A DNA stretch of 64,000 bases from Polyangiaceae bacterium (GTDB lineage Bacteria > Myxococcota_A > Polyangia > Polyangiales > Polyangiaceae). Below are positions 38,163-47,342 of the stretch, in pieces. The stretch lies in assembly GCA_044376115.1 (NCBI GenBank), contig JBILLK010000001.1:160001-224000 (forward strand), written 5' to 3'. The notes under the pieces were generated by a model. The model was not told the origin of the DNA. It saw only the letters and a list, made by a program, of their open reading frames with translations, and did not search any database. Position 1 is the first letter of the stretch, and every line of letters starts with the position of its first letter. A program made the position numbers and the translations under genes.

Positions 38163-38978
38163 CTACTTGGTCAAGCGAGCGATCTCTTCTTTGATCAGCG
38201 TCTCTGCGAGGACCGGTACGACCTCCCAAACGATGCGCTCGATCACTTCACGCGAGAGGGCCAACACGGCATCAGCCTGGGCCGGGCTCAAGCCCATCTC
38301 GCCGACCTTCGAGGCCAACTGACTGCTGGCAGCGGCAGTGGCAGCCGAGACGGCAACGGCGGCGGGGCGAGCAGCAGCGGGAACCGCCTGGGGCTGGGCC
38401 ACCGGCGCCGTGATTGCGCGTGCGGCTGCAGGCGAGGGAGCGGGTGAGGGCTTTGGCCCGCCGAGACCGCCGGCACCAAAGCCGGCTGTCTTCGTCGGGC
38501 TGGGTGCAGCAGCGGCCTGAGGAGCACCACCGTACGCGTACGTTCGTGATTTGGCCGGGGCAGGAGCTGCAGCGGGAGCCGGAGCGGGCGCTGGAGCCGC
38601 GGCCGGAGCCGTGCCAACGCTTGCACCACCGAGCAGTTTGGACACGCGGTCCAAGAGCTGCTGCGTATCGAAGGGCTTGTCCATGTGGTCATCCACACGG
38701 CCGCCGCGACCAGCATCAAATGGGTTCTGCCGGGAGGATAGGAAAAGCACCGGGACGTTCGGCGCGGTGGCCTTCAGCTGACCCGCCACCTCGTAGCCGT
38801 CCGTCGGCTCGAGCGAGTTGTCACAAATGACCAGGCTGACTCCACCACCGCGAAGCTTGGCGACGGCGTCGTCTCCAGTAGCCGCAGTCACCAGTTGGAA
38901 ATCAGTTCCTGCGAAGGTGATTTCCAAGATCTTGCGCATGGTTGCGCTGTCGTCGACTGCGAGGATCGTGCTTCCCAC
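38163..38978 (-). CDS. romR: RomR-like response regulator (receiver, Ala/Pro linker, conserved C-terminal helix)
   Basis: ILAVDDS, VICD, KPF receiver; tail SREVIERIVWEVVPVLAETLIKEEIARL resembles the RomR C-terminal region; lies next to valS as in Myxococcus. GTG 38978 has an AAGGAG RBS. Confidence 0.8.
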   Translation of the reverse strand: MGSTILAVDDSATMRKILEITFAGTDFQLVTAATGDDAVAKLRGGGVSLVICDNSLEPTDGYEVAGQLKATAPNVPVLFLSSRQNPFDAGRGGRVDDHMDKPFDTQQLLDRVSKLLGGASVGTAPAAAPAPAPAPAAAPAPAKSRTYAYGGAPQAAAAPSPTKTAGFGAGGLGGPKPSPAPSPAAARAITAPVAQPQAVPAAARPAAVAVSAATAAASSQLASKVGEMGLSPAQADAVLALSREVIERIVWEVVPVLAETLIKEEIARLTK

Positions 38979-39119
38979 TTGGCGGGCTCCTTGATTGGTT
39001 TGGCCCCTCCGCCCGGACGGCGGAGTGCGATAGTCGCGAATCATCCGGGACGGGGTCTGCCATGTCAACTAACCGAGCAATCGACCCGCAGAACGCCGGC
39101 CGTGCTACCACCTCCACGC

Positions 39120-40166
39120 ATGGTCAGGTACGAACAAAAAGGTCCTGGAACTTCGTCGGCCGGCCCTTCCGCGTCCCAAGAAACTGCAAAGCGCCAAGTT
39201 TCGGGGGACCGCCTGATTCAGGTTGTGCCCAAGGGCGAGCGCCTTCCCCTCGACCGAGCGACCCGACTGCTGTTCGAATTGAGTTGGGACAAAGCCCGAA
39301 ACGCGGTTCAGAAGGGAAAAGTGAAGGTCAACGGCGTGGTGACGCTGTCGGCGACGGTCTTCGTCAACCCCGGCAGCGAACTCGAATACACGCCCCACGC
39401 GCCCCGACCTCACGTAGCGGACCGCATGCAGCTGCAGGAGCATGCGATTTTGCTCTGCGACCATGCGGTGCTGGTGGTCAACAAGCCCGCCGGTGTGATC
39501 ACCGTTCCGTTCGGCGACGAAGATCCGAATGAAGCGAAGAAGACGCTCGATTCGATGTTGCGTGAAGTGCTGGCCAAACAGCAGAAGAGCCGCGGTGGGC
39601 CGGCCGGAAGAGCACCGCTCGGGGTCGTGCACAGGCTCGATAAGGAGACCAGCGGCGTAATGGTCTTCACGCGCTCCCTCGATGCGAAGAAGCACCTGAC
39701 GCAACAGTTTCGCGAGCACTCGGTCGAGCGCCGCTACTTGGCCATCGTGCACGGCGTGATGACACGTCCGCTCGACATCAAGAGCTACCTGCTCGAAGAC
39801 CGCGGAGACGGGTTGCGAGGCTCAGCGCGCGGACGCATCAAGGCCGGTCAGCTCGCGATCACGCACGTGACTCCGAAGCAGGCTCTGCGTGGTGCGACGC
39901 TCGTCGAGTGCCAGCTTGAAACCGGTCGAACGCATCAGATTCGCATCCACCTCTCCGAAGCTGGCCACCCGATCGTCGGCGAACGAGTCTACATCCGGGA
40001 CTATCGCGGCACCCATCTCGAGGCACCGCGCATCATGCTGCACGCCGCGACGTTGGGCTTCGTCCATCCGATATCGGGCGAGGTCGTGCAGTTCCACGTC
40101 GACCCGCCCGAAGACATGGCGGCCCGCATCACCCAGCTCGCCGGAGCTCAGTCTTCGACGAGCTGA
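39120..40166 (+). CDS. RluA/RluD family pseudouridine synthase with an S4-like domain
   Basis: VVNKPAG, HRLDKETSG, ETGRTHQIRIH, GHPIVG, LHA. Start uncertain. Confidence 0.93.
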   Translation: MVRYEQKGPGTSSAGPSASQETAKRQVSGDRLIQVVPKGERLPLDRATRLLFELSWDKARNAVQKGKVKVNGVVTLSATVFVNPGSELEYTPHAPRPHVADRMQLQEHAILLCDHAVLVVNKPAGVITVPFGDEDPNEAKKTLDSMLREVLAKQQKSRGGPAGRAPLGVVHRLDKETSGVMVFTRSLDAKKHLTQQFREHSVERRYLAIVHGVMTRPLDIKSYLLEDRGDGLRGSARGRIKAGQLAITHVTPKQALRGATLVECQLETGRTHQIRIHLSEAGHPIVGERVYIRDYRGTHLEAPRIMLHAATLGFVHPISGEVVQFHVDPPEDMAARITQLAGAQSSTS

Positions 40167-41224
40167 GCGAGGTAGGTCATGCGCACCGATGGGTCATAGA
40201 GTGGCCCCGGAAGTGCGAACCCAGGCGCCGCTTGACCAACCCCCGCGCTGTTGTCCACCACGACGTAGTAAAGGCCAGGGTTCAACGCAAAGCGCCGGAC
40301 GAACGGTCCGGGTTGGACCACGCTGCTGGAGATGAACGTTCCGGGCGGTGGCCCTGGTGCCCGCCCTGCCTGGTAGCCTTCCCGCCAAATATCCCCGGTC
40401 ATTTTGGGAACGACCAAGAAGTCCACCGCGTTGGCGCCGCTGAGCGTTCCGCGGAGTTGAATAACCTGATCATCGTCGGCGACCTCGAAGGGTCCGAGGA
40501 AGTCCATCTGCTGGTTGTAGATATCTGCGACGTCATTCTGGAACGTGTAGGCCTCGTCCTCTTCATCCACCTCGACCGGGCGAAATGGGAAGCGACCAGC
40601 GGGTAAGTAGCCGAGCGCAAACTCTTTCCCTTCATCCGTCTCAACCACGGTGAATCCACGGCTGATGAAGCGGCTGACCACTTGACCACCGAAGATGTTG
40701 GCGGCCGACCCGGCGGGAGTAAGGCCGGTCGCGAGATCGACGATCGGGTTCTGGCTGTTGGTCATTCGGAAGTCAGGACCTGCCGCGATTCGCGCCATTT
40801 TGCCCCAAACCCACGCACCGTCATCGTGCATGTAGAAGTCGAACGCGTACTCCACCGTGGCGGTCATCGTGAAGCTCGAGAGCTTTGACGTGGGCAAATA
40901 CGCGTAGCCGCTGCCACCAATGTTTACGACCACCGTGCGATTGGTCTCGTTGATCGAGAAGGTGCACGAGCTCGGGAAATAGCGACCGATCGTCGGTGAG
41001 GCGTCCTGCATTTTTAGCGGCACGCTCGTCTTCAGCATCTCGGGACAGATGCGGTCGGCGCCGTACGTCTTGAACGCCCACCAACGCAGGTTGGGGTCGC
41101 GGTTCAAGATCGAAGCACAGCTAGTCTGCGAAAGCGGGGTCAGCGTGCTGATGGCCAAGATGAGGGCGGACCGAAGGCCACGCGCAGAAAAGCTTGGGGT
41201 CGCACTCTTTTCAAGTTGGTTCAT
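40148..41224 (-). CDS. Hypothetical exported protein or lipoprotein
   Basis: ATG 41224 overlaps the upstream TGA (TGATG). Signal-like N-terminus ending TS-C; beta-rich; PGLYYVVVDN at the C-terminus. Confidence 0.7.
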   Translation of the reverse strand: MNQLEKSATPSFSARGLRSALILAISTLTPLSQTSCASILNRDPNLRWWAFKTYGADRICPEMLKTSVPLKMQDASPTIGRYFPSSCTFSINETNRTVVVNIGGSGYAYLPTSKLSSFTMTATVEYAFDFYMHDDGAWVWGKMARIAAGPDFRMTNSQNPIVDLATGLTPAGSAANIFGGQVVSRFISRGFTVVETDEGKEFALGYLPAGRFPFRPVEVDEEDEAYTFQNDVADIYNQQMDFLGPFEVADDDQVIQLRGTLSGANAVDFLVVPKMTGDIWREGYQAGRAPGPPPGTFISSSVVQPGPFVRRFALNPGLYYVVVDNSAGVGQAAPGFALPGPLYDPSVRMTYLAQLVED

Positions 41225-42030
41225 CAAAGCACAATCCGCCATTTGACTCGCGGCCTGATCTCCAGGTGGAAGTGGTTCTTGTGATCCGCGTCGTAGTTGG
41301 GCGACAGCATACTCGTGAAAATGCGTGCGTCTCTCGCCTCGCAAAAGATCTGCCGAAGCTCGCGCTGCTCCCCTTTGAGATCCTCGGTCACCGGACAGGG
41401 AGCCACGCTCTTCTGCGGGCGCCAGTCACGCTCGACCACAAGGTCACCTATCACAGCGCGATCGTCGCTCTTTTTCACGAATCTGCGGATATCCAACGCG
41501 AGCCCGCCGGGGTGCCTTGCGGCCTCCTTGGCGGCTGGCCACCCCTTCGCTGGCGGCCGCCACGCTGAGAAAATGTGCACCTCGGCGATTTCGTGCTTTG
41601 CCAAAATCACGGCCAGGTCGTCTACGGCCAGCGCTAGCCGACAGTCCATCACCTCGTACGGCGTGGTCTTGCGCTCCTCCGCCGGCAGCTCGGTGCGAAA
41701 CGCCACGCCTCGCACCGGGCCCTTCAAACGAACCGGGATCAGCACGCCGGGCTTATTCTCGAGCGCGGTAAACTCGACCTTGCGCGCCCGGAGCTCGGTC
41801 AGGCAGCCCTCAGCGGTCATCGCGCCGTACTTGGCGCTCGGGGCCGAAGCCCAATCCTTCTCGACCACGGTGCGCGGCTGAGCCCGCCGCTTCGCCGGCT
41901 TGGCCCACGATGGGGACGCGAAGCACGAAAGGATTAGGAACAGGGCCAGCCCAACCCGGCCGGACGTCACCGGGAACGAGCCCTTGCGGACCTCGCGGTG
42001 GCCAACCTGAGCGGAAGAAGGGGAGCCCAT
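41224..42030 (-). CDS. Extensin-like C-terminal domain protein (peptidase M15-like fold), secreted
   Basis: RHPGGLALDI and PNYDADHKNHFHLEI motifs, Cys pairs, signal ending SWA-K. True start is probably downstream of 42030. Confidence 0.8.
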   Translation of the reverse strand: MGSPSSAQVGHREVRKGSFPVTSGRVGLALFLILSCFASPSWAKPAKRRAQPRTVVEKDWASAPSAKYGAMTAEGCLTELRARKVEFTALENKPGVLIPVRLKGPVRGVAFRTELPAEERKTTPYEVMDCRLALAVDDLAVILAKHEIAEVHIFSAWRPPAKGWPAAKEAARHPGGLALDIRRFVKKSDDRAVIGDLVVERDWRPQKSVAPCPVTEDLKGEQRELRQIFCEARDARIFTSMLSPNYDADHKNHFHLEIRPRVKWRIVL

Positions 42031-42125
42031 GCTACTTGGACGAATGCTAGATCGGATGATTCGCCCTTAATAACGACGGGATTGTGCGCGAAGCGAGAAC
42101 CAGCGCTAAACTGGGCAAAGTTCTT

Positions 42126-43157
42126 ATGCAATTGTCCCAGCGCGCACGGCGAATTCTGCTGGCGGTGGTATCCGAATACATCGAAACGGGAGCACCGGTC
42201 GGCAGTCGAACTCTGTCCCGCCATCACGGCCTCGACCTTTCGGCAGCTTCGATCCGCAACGTGCTGTCCGATCTCGATGAGGCTGGCTACCTCACCCAGC
42301 CGCATACCTCGGCTGGCCGTGTTCCCACCGACCGAGCCATTCGGCTCTTCATCGATCTGTTGATGGAGGTAAAGACGATCGCTCCGGAAGACCGCGCGGA
42401 TCTTCGCGCCAAGGTGGCCGATATCTACGCCCGCAGCCCCGACCCGCTCGGTGATAGCGGCAAGTTGCTCTCTCAGCTGAGCGGCTCGGCCGCGGTGATT
42501 GCGCGGCAAAGCAAAGGGCGAACGCTGTCGCAGCTTCGCTTTATTCAGACTCGGCCGGGGCAACTGCTCGCGGTGTTGGTGTTCGAAGACGGGACGATCG
42601 AGAACCGCTTCATTGCCTCGGAGGGCGATATCGACGAAGCCGAGTTCACTCGCATCCACAACCTGCTCAGCGACGTGATCGAGGGGCGTACACTGGGCGA
42701 AGTTCGCGACCTGTTTGCACGGCGATTGGTCGATGATCGCATGGCGCTCGATGGTCTTCGTCGGCGTGCGTTTGGTTTGGCGCACCGTGCAGTGGCTGAC
42801 GTGGCAGATCGCAGCGAGCTGCGGATCGAGGGACAACATCAGCTGCTCGCGATGGCGGAGCACGGTGATATCGACAGGCTGAAGCGCTTGATGGTCGTGC
42901 TCGAAGAGCGCGAAGAAGTTGTGGCGCTGCTCGACCGTACGCTCAACGCCGGCAGCGTTACCGTGTTCGTTGGCAAGGAGACCGGGGACTTGGGAGCAGG
43001 CCATCTGAGCCTGGTGGTGGCGCCCTACTCGGAGAACGGACAGGTTGCTGGAGCCGTTGGCGTGCTTGGGCCAACACGAATGGACTACGCCAAGGTGATG
43101 CCGCTCGTGGATGCAACCGCCGAGGCCATGAGCCACGCCGCACGCAAGGCTCGTTGA
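42126..43157 (+). CDS. hrcA: Heat-inducible transcription repressor
   Basis: YIETGAPVGSRTL, SAASIRN, QPHTSAGRVPT, GVLGPTRMDY. Confidence 0.97.
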   Translation: MQLSQRARRILLAVVSEYIETGAPVGSRTLSRHHGLDLSAASIRNVLSDLDEAGYLTQPHTSAGRVPTDRAIRLFIDLLMEVKTIAPEDRADLRAKVADIYARSPDPLGDSGKLLSQLSGSAAVIARQSKGRTLSQLRFIQTRPGQLLAVLVFEDGTIENRFIASEGDIDEAEFTRIHNLLSDVIEGRTLGEVRDLFARRLVDDRMALDGLRRRAFGLAHRAVADVADRSELRIEGQHQLLAMAEHGDIDRLKRLMVVLEEREEVVALLDRTLNAGSVTVFVGKETGDLGAGHLSLVVAPYSENGQVAGAVGVLGPTRMDYAKVMPLVDATAEAMSHAARKAR

Positions 43158-43209
43158 AGCCAGCCGCTCGCTGAGCCCGCTCGTTTGGGCGGTGGCTCAG
43201 CAGAAGCCG

Positions 43210-43710
43210 CTAATTGCGTTGGCCTGCACCCTTTTTGGTACTTGCGTTGCAAGCCTGACAGATCCCGTAGAGTTCGAGCTTGTGCGTGGTCACTTGGAAG
43301 TTGTGACGGGCGGCGACGACGTCCTGAAGCTTCTCGATCCGGGGCTCTTCAAACTCGGTGATGCCACCGCAAGAGGTGCAGATCAGGTGGTCGTGATGAT
43401 CATCGTCGTCATCCGCCAGCTCATAGCGTGAAAGCCCGTCCCCGAACTTGCGCTCCGAGGCAACGCCACATTCGGCGAGGAGCTTAAGCGTCCGGTAAAC
43501 GGTGGCGTAGCCGATGCCCTTGTCGCGGGTACGCACGATTTCGAGCAGGTCTTCGATCGTTACGTGCGCGCGACCTTCGAGGAAGGTGTCTACGATCACA
43601 CGCCGCTGCGCCGTGGAGCGGAGCTTTTTCCGCGCCATATACAGCTCCAGCCGCTCGCGGAGCCTCGACCGAAGCGCATCATCCACGGGCCGGTGGGCGG
43701 GCTCGTTCAT
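43210..43710 (-). CDS. fur: Fur family transcriptional regulator
   Basis: TAQRR, IGYATVYRTLKLL, HHDHLICTSCG, YGICQAC. Alternative ATGs at 43722 and 43728. Confidence 0.93.
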   Translation of the reverse strand: MNEPAHRPVDDALRSRLRERLELYMARKKLRSTAQRRVIVDTFLEGRAHVTIEDLLEIVRTRDKGIGYATVYRTLKLLAECGVASERKFGDGLSRYELADDDDDHHDHLICTSCGGITEFEEPRIEKLQDVVAARHNFQVTTHKLELYGICQACNASTKKGAGQRN

Positions 43711-43843
43711 CGTGCGCACCATGGTCATCTTTTTTAGCGGCTGGCAGCAGGCGTCAAGCGGCAAGCCGGAGTTGCTGTGACTTGAACGAACTTGTGCGCG
43801 GCTTCTGTCCCTTGCGTCCGCAGCGACGCGCTAGGCTGCACTG

Positions 43844-45130
43844 GTGTCGAGCGACCCGGAGACAGTGAGCGGCCCACCAGAGGAACGGCGCATCGTCCTC
43901 TTGATGGCCGCAGTTCAGTTCGCGAACGTGCTCGACTTCATGATGGTCAACCCGCTCGGGCCACGCTTGGCGCAAGCGCTCAATGTCGGCGCCTCCGAGC
44001 TCCCGTCGATCATGGGCAGCTACACGGCCGCAGCTTCGGTCAGCGGGGTGCTGGGGCTATTTTTCCTCGATCGCTTCGACCGCAAGAAGGCTTTGGTTTT
44101 CACGCTCGTCGGCCTGGCCGTTGGAACGCTGCTCGGCGGACTCGCCACGAGCTTCACCACGCTGACACTCACACGCGTCTTGGCGGGTTGCTTCGGTGGA
44201 CCGGCGACGAGTCTGACGATGGCCATCTTGAGCGACACCGTGCCCGTACAACGCCGCGGTCGGGCTATGGGCGTCGTCATGGGGGGGTTTGCGGCGGCGT
44301 CGGTTTTTGGTGTTCCAGCAGGCTTGTGGTTGGCCACGTTGGGCGGCTGGAGAACGCCGTTCTTTGCTGTGGCAGCGGCCATCGCGGTGGCCGCGTTCTT
44401 TGCCATGCGTTTGCTTCCGCCGCTGGACGCCCACTTGGCTGGGCCCCGTCCGAACGTGCTGCGCGGGCTGCTACAGATGGTGAGCACGCGGGCCGTGCAG
44501 CTTTCAATGCTGCTCACCTCGGTGACGATGATGAGCGGCTTCATCTTGATCCCCAACATCGCGACGTTTGCCGAGTTCAACCTGCACTTTCCCGCGGAAC
44601 ATCTCGGATGGATGTACCTGCTCGGCGGTATCGCCAGCTTGATCACTACGCGAGTCGCTGGTCGCCTGATCGATATCGGCACGCCGACCCAAGTATCGAT
44701 GGGAGCAACCGTGGTGCTCGGGCTGGTGGTTTGGGCATGGTTCGCGGAGGGGGTCGCACTTCCCGTGTTGGTGCTCTCGACCGCGTTCTTCATCGCGATG
44801 GGTGCACGTGGAGTTGCGTTCAACACCACGAATTCGAAGGTGCCTCTGCCGGAGCAGCGCGCGCGCTTTCAGTCGGCGCAAAGCGCGGTGCAACACGCGG
44901 CAGCGGCGCTCGCTGCGTTTGCTTCTTCGAAGATCCTCGCTGAGCGTTCGGACGGTGGGCTCGCTCACATGGACCGCGTTGCCTACCTTTCGATCGGTTT
45001 GTCGCTGCTCGTGCCGGTGATCATGCTGCTCGTCGAGCGCGAGCTGCAACGCGTTCGACAAACCGCGCCGCTACAGCTGGGTGACCCGACCGATCTGCCG
45101 CGAGTGCAGAACGCCGACAACCCCTCCTAA
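43844..45130 (+). CDS. MFS transporter (drug/H+ antiporter-like)
   Basis: About 12 TM segments, motif A DRFDRK, RVLAGCFGG, RGRAMG, GWRTPF. Confidence 0.92.
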   Translation: MSSDPETVSGPPEERRIVLLMAAVQFANVLDFMMVNPLGPRLAQALNVGASELPSIMGSYTAAASVSGVLGLFFLDRFDRKKALVFTLVGLAVGTLLGGLATSFTTLTLTRVLAGCFGGPATSLTMAILSDTVPVQRRGRAMGVVMGGFAAASVFGVPAGLWLATLGGWRTPFFAVAAAIAVAAFFAMRLLPPLDAHLAGPRPNVLRGLLQMVSTRAVQLSMLLTSVTMMSGFILIPNIATFAEFNLHFPAEHLGWMYLLGGIASLITTRVAGRLIDIGTPTQVSMGATVVLGLVVWAWFAEGVALPVLVLSTAFFIAMGARGVAFNTTNSKVPLPEQRARFQSAQSAVQHAAAALAAFASSKILAERSDGGLAHMDRVAYLSIGLSLLVPVIMLLVERELQRVRQTAPLQLGDPTDLPRVQNADNPS

Positions 45131-47341
45131 GAGCGCCGCAATGGGGACGAAGGCTGCCGGTAGTACACCGAGGGCCACGACGCCTACGCCGAGCACCGGG
45201 GGCAACGCTGCCATCGCGAAACTGACACGCGCGTCGATGCGCGACCGCCTCGCGAGCGCGAGCGCCAAAGCGGCATCGCGAAGATCATCCGAAGCGAGCG
45301 CCACGTCGTACTCCCGCGAGGCCGAGCCTGCAGCGCCCAGGGCGATCGAAATGCCGGCGGCGCCGAGTGCCACGTCGTCTGCAGCGGCGTGACCAATCAC
45401 TGCCACGGCCTCCCCTGCATCGGACAAGCGGCGGACTTCTTCAGCGCGATCCACGTTCGGAACCTCTGCGCGCACGTGCTCGATATCGAGCGACCGCGCG
45501 ATCGCGTCGCAGGTGTCTTGCGCGTCAGCCGACATCAGCACCGGTTCGATGTTGCTATCCAGCAGATGCTGAACCGAGGCGCGGGCTCCCGGGCGGATCC
45601 CATCTTGGAGGCCGATCAGCCCGACCAAACGGCCTCCTACGGCCACGAGCAAGACCGAACGGCCTAGCGCGGAGAGTTCGCCGATGCGCCACTCGGTTGC
45701 GGCGATGCCGATGCGTTGGTTGAGCATATGAGCGCGCGAGCCGATGCAAACTTCCTCACCGGCGCTGGTGATCGCGTTCACTCCGAGGCCCGGGTAGACG
45801 GTCGGGTTACGCACCGGGCCGGGCTTGATGCCGCGACTGTTAGCGGCGCGGAGAATCGCCAAAGCGACGGGGCTCGAGTCCGAGCGCGCAGCGCCGCTCG
45901 CGAGCGCCAGCAGCTCGTCTGCATTGAGGTTGGGACCTTTGACTTCGACCTCAGCGACCTCAGGTTCACCAAGCAACAGCGTTCCGCGAGCGCAGAAAAC
46001 CGCGACCGAGGCGCGGGAGGCGCGCTCCCATGCATCGGCGCTCTTGTAGGTGATGCCGCGCCGTTGAGCGAGCAAGATGCCACGCGCGATCTGCGTACTT
46101 CCGAGCGCCCCGATCAACGTCGTGGACAGGCCTGCCATCACTGCGACGGCGGTCATCGCCGCATCCAGCGGGCTGCGACTGATGGCAAAGGTGAGGCCGG
46201 CTGCGCCTAGCGCGGTGACCGCCGCCCAGCGCTCGACCAGCGAGCGTGATGCACGCGCAACCGAAGCGAGCGCATCAGCGCGACGCCGCGGATCGAGCAG
46301 GACGCGCGCAAAGGAGCGGTCGGGCCCGGACCAGGTGCAAATGCCGAGCAGACGTCCCGAGACCACGTGGGCACCGGCCACCACGGTGTCGCCAGCGCGA
46401 CGGCGTACAGGCGAGCTCGAGCGCAACCACGGCAGCACCTCGGCTTCACCTTCTTGAATCATGAGATCGACCGGAACGTCTTCGCCCTCGTCGACGCGAA
46501 CGCGCTCACCGGCGCAAAACCCTTGAGCCTCCGGCTCTTCCTGGCCGTCAGCGAGAATGCGCCGCCCGCTCAAGGTGAGCGCATGTTCGACCCAAGTACG
46601 CTCCTCGTCGACCGAACGCCGCGCCATTTCCAAAAGCCACGTCGTGGTCGCGGTGATGGTCGCGATCGCACCCGCGAGGCTGGCCGCTTCAGCGGCGATG
46701 AACGCTGGGGCCGACACCAACGCCCACACCGCTACCGCGACGGAAAGCGTTGGACCAGCGAGGATCGGGATGGGGCTGGGGTCCACCGGATCACGGGGGA
46801 TGGTCGCCGCGCGAGCAACGAGCACGCTCGCGCCGACCCCAGCCAGCACGATGCGCGCGAACAGCACCAAGCGGGTCTCCCCGGTGATGCCGAGCAATAC
46901 CGCCAGCGTGCCTGCAGCCACCGACAGGAGCAGCAGCAGGCCACCAACGTCGCGCGGTTCAGTCTCGATGCGCGGCGGCGGGTCGACGATCTGACCGCGA
47001 TCGATCTTTTCGACGAGCGCCCGCGAGTCGTCCAGCCGCAACGGGCTTGGGAGGTCCGCTTCCGGAACGATCGGCGAAAAGGCGTTCTCGACTGCGGCTC
47101 CGAGGTGTTCGTGCGTGACGTCAGGAACCGTTCGCGCGGGAGCAAGCGATACGGCGGCCTCGTGGGCATCGGTGGTCTCCCCGCCCCACGGAGCGAGGTA
47201 GGCGGAGCGACATGCTCCGGCGTTGCAAAAGTAGTGAAACTTCGAGTCGAAGAGCGCGACGTGGCCCGCCCGAAGTGGGTCGAGCATGGTGCCGCAACCC
47301 GAACAAGGCAGAGGCTCAGAGACGGGTCCGGCAGCTCGCAC
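45071..47341 (-). CDS. P1B-type ATPase-like protein lacking catalytic motifs, with an N-terminal YHS/TRASH-like Cys motif
   Basis: Overall P1B layout (GERVRV..GEDVPVD, GDTVVAGA, RRGI..K, GTL..GEPEV, PGLGV, DGIRP, AEV...RAEEV). DKTGT reads CARGT, TGD reads SAD, GDGxND reads GHAAAD, no CPx. Confidence 0.85.
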   Translation of the reverse strand: MRAAGPVSEPLPCSGCGTMLDPLRAGHVALFDSKFHYFCNAGACRSAYLAPWGGETTDAHEAAVSLAPARTVPDVTHEHLGAAVENAFSPIVPEADLPSPLRLDDSRALVEKIDRGQIVDPPPRIETEPRDVGGLLLLLSVAAGTLAVLLGITGETRLVLFARIVLAGVGASVLVARAATIPRDPVDPSPIPILAGPTLSVAVAVWALVSAPAFIAAEAASLAGAIATITATTTWLLEMARRSVDEERTWVEHALTLSGRRILADGQEEPEAQGFCAGERVRVDEGEDVPVDLMIQEGEAEVLPWLRSSSPVRRRAGDTVVAGAHVVSGRLLGICTWSGPDRSFARVLLDPRRRADALASVARASRSLVERWAAVTALGAAGLTFAISRSPLDAAMTAVAVMAGLSTTLIGALGSTQIARGILLAQRRGITYKSADAWERASRASVAVFCARGTLLLGEPEVAEVEVKGPNLNADELLALASGAARSDSSPVALAILRAANSRGIKPGPVRNPTVYPGLGVNAITSAGEEVCIGSRAHMLNQRIGIAATEWRIGELSALGRSVLLVAVGGRLVGLIGLQDGIRPGARASVQHLLDSNIEPVLMSADAQDTCDAIARSLDIEHVRAEVPNVDRAEEVRRLSDAGEAVAVIGHAAADDVALGAAGISIALGAAGSASREYDVALASDDLRDAALALALARRSRIDARVSFAMAALPPVLGVGVVALGVLPAAFVPIAALLGGVVGVLHSRQIGRVTQL

Positions 47342-47342
47342 T

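Noticed and set aside
38895..39119. Overlapping 5' extensions of the romR and rluD-like ORFs
   Set aside because: Better starts exist: GTG 38978 with an AAGGAG RBS, and ATG 39120 or later.
42083..42109. Possible CIRCE upstream of hrcA
   Set aside because: Right half matches 7/9 but left half only 4/9; too weak to call.
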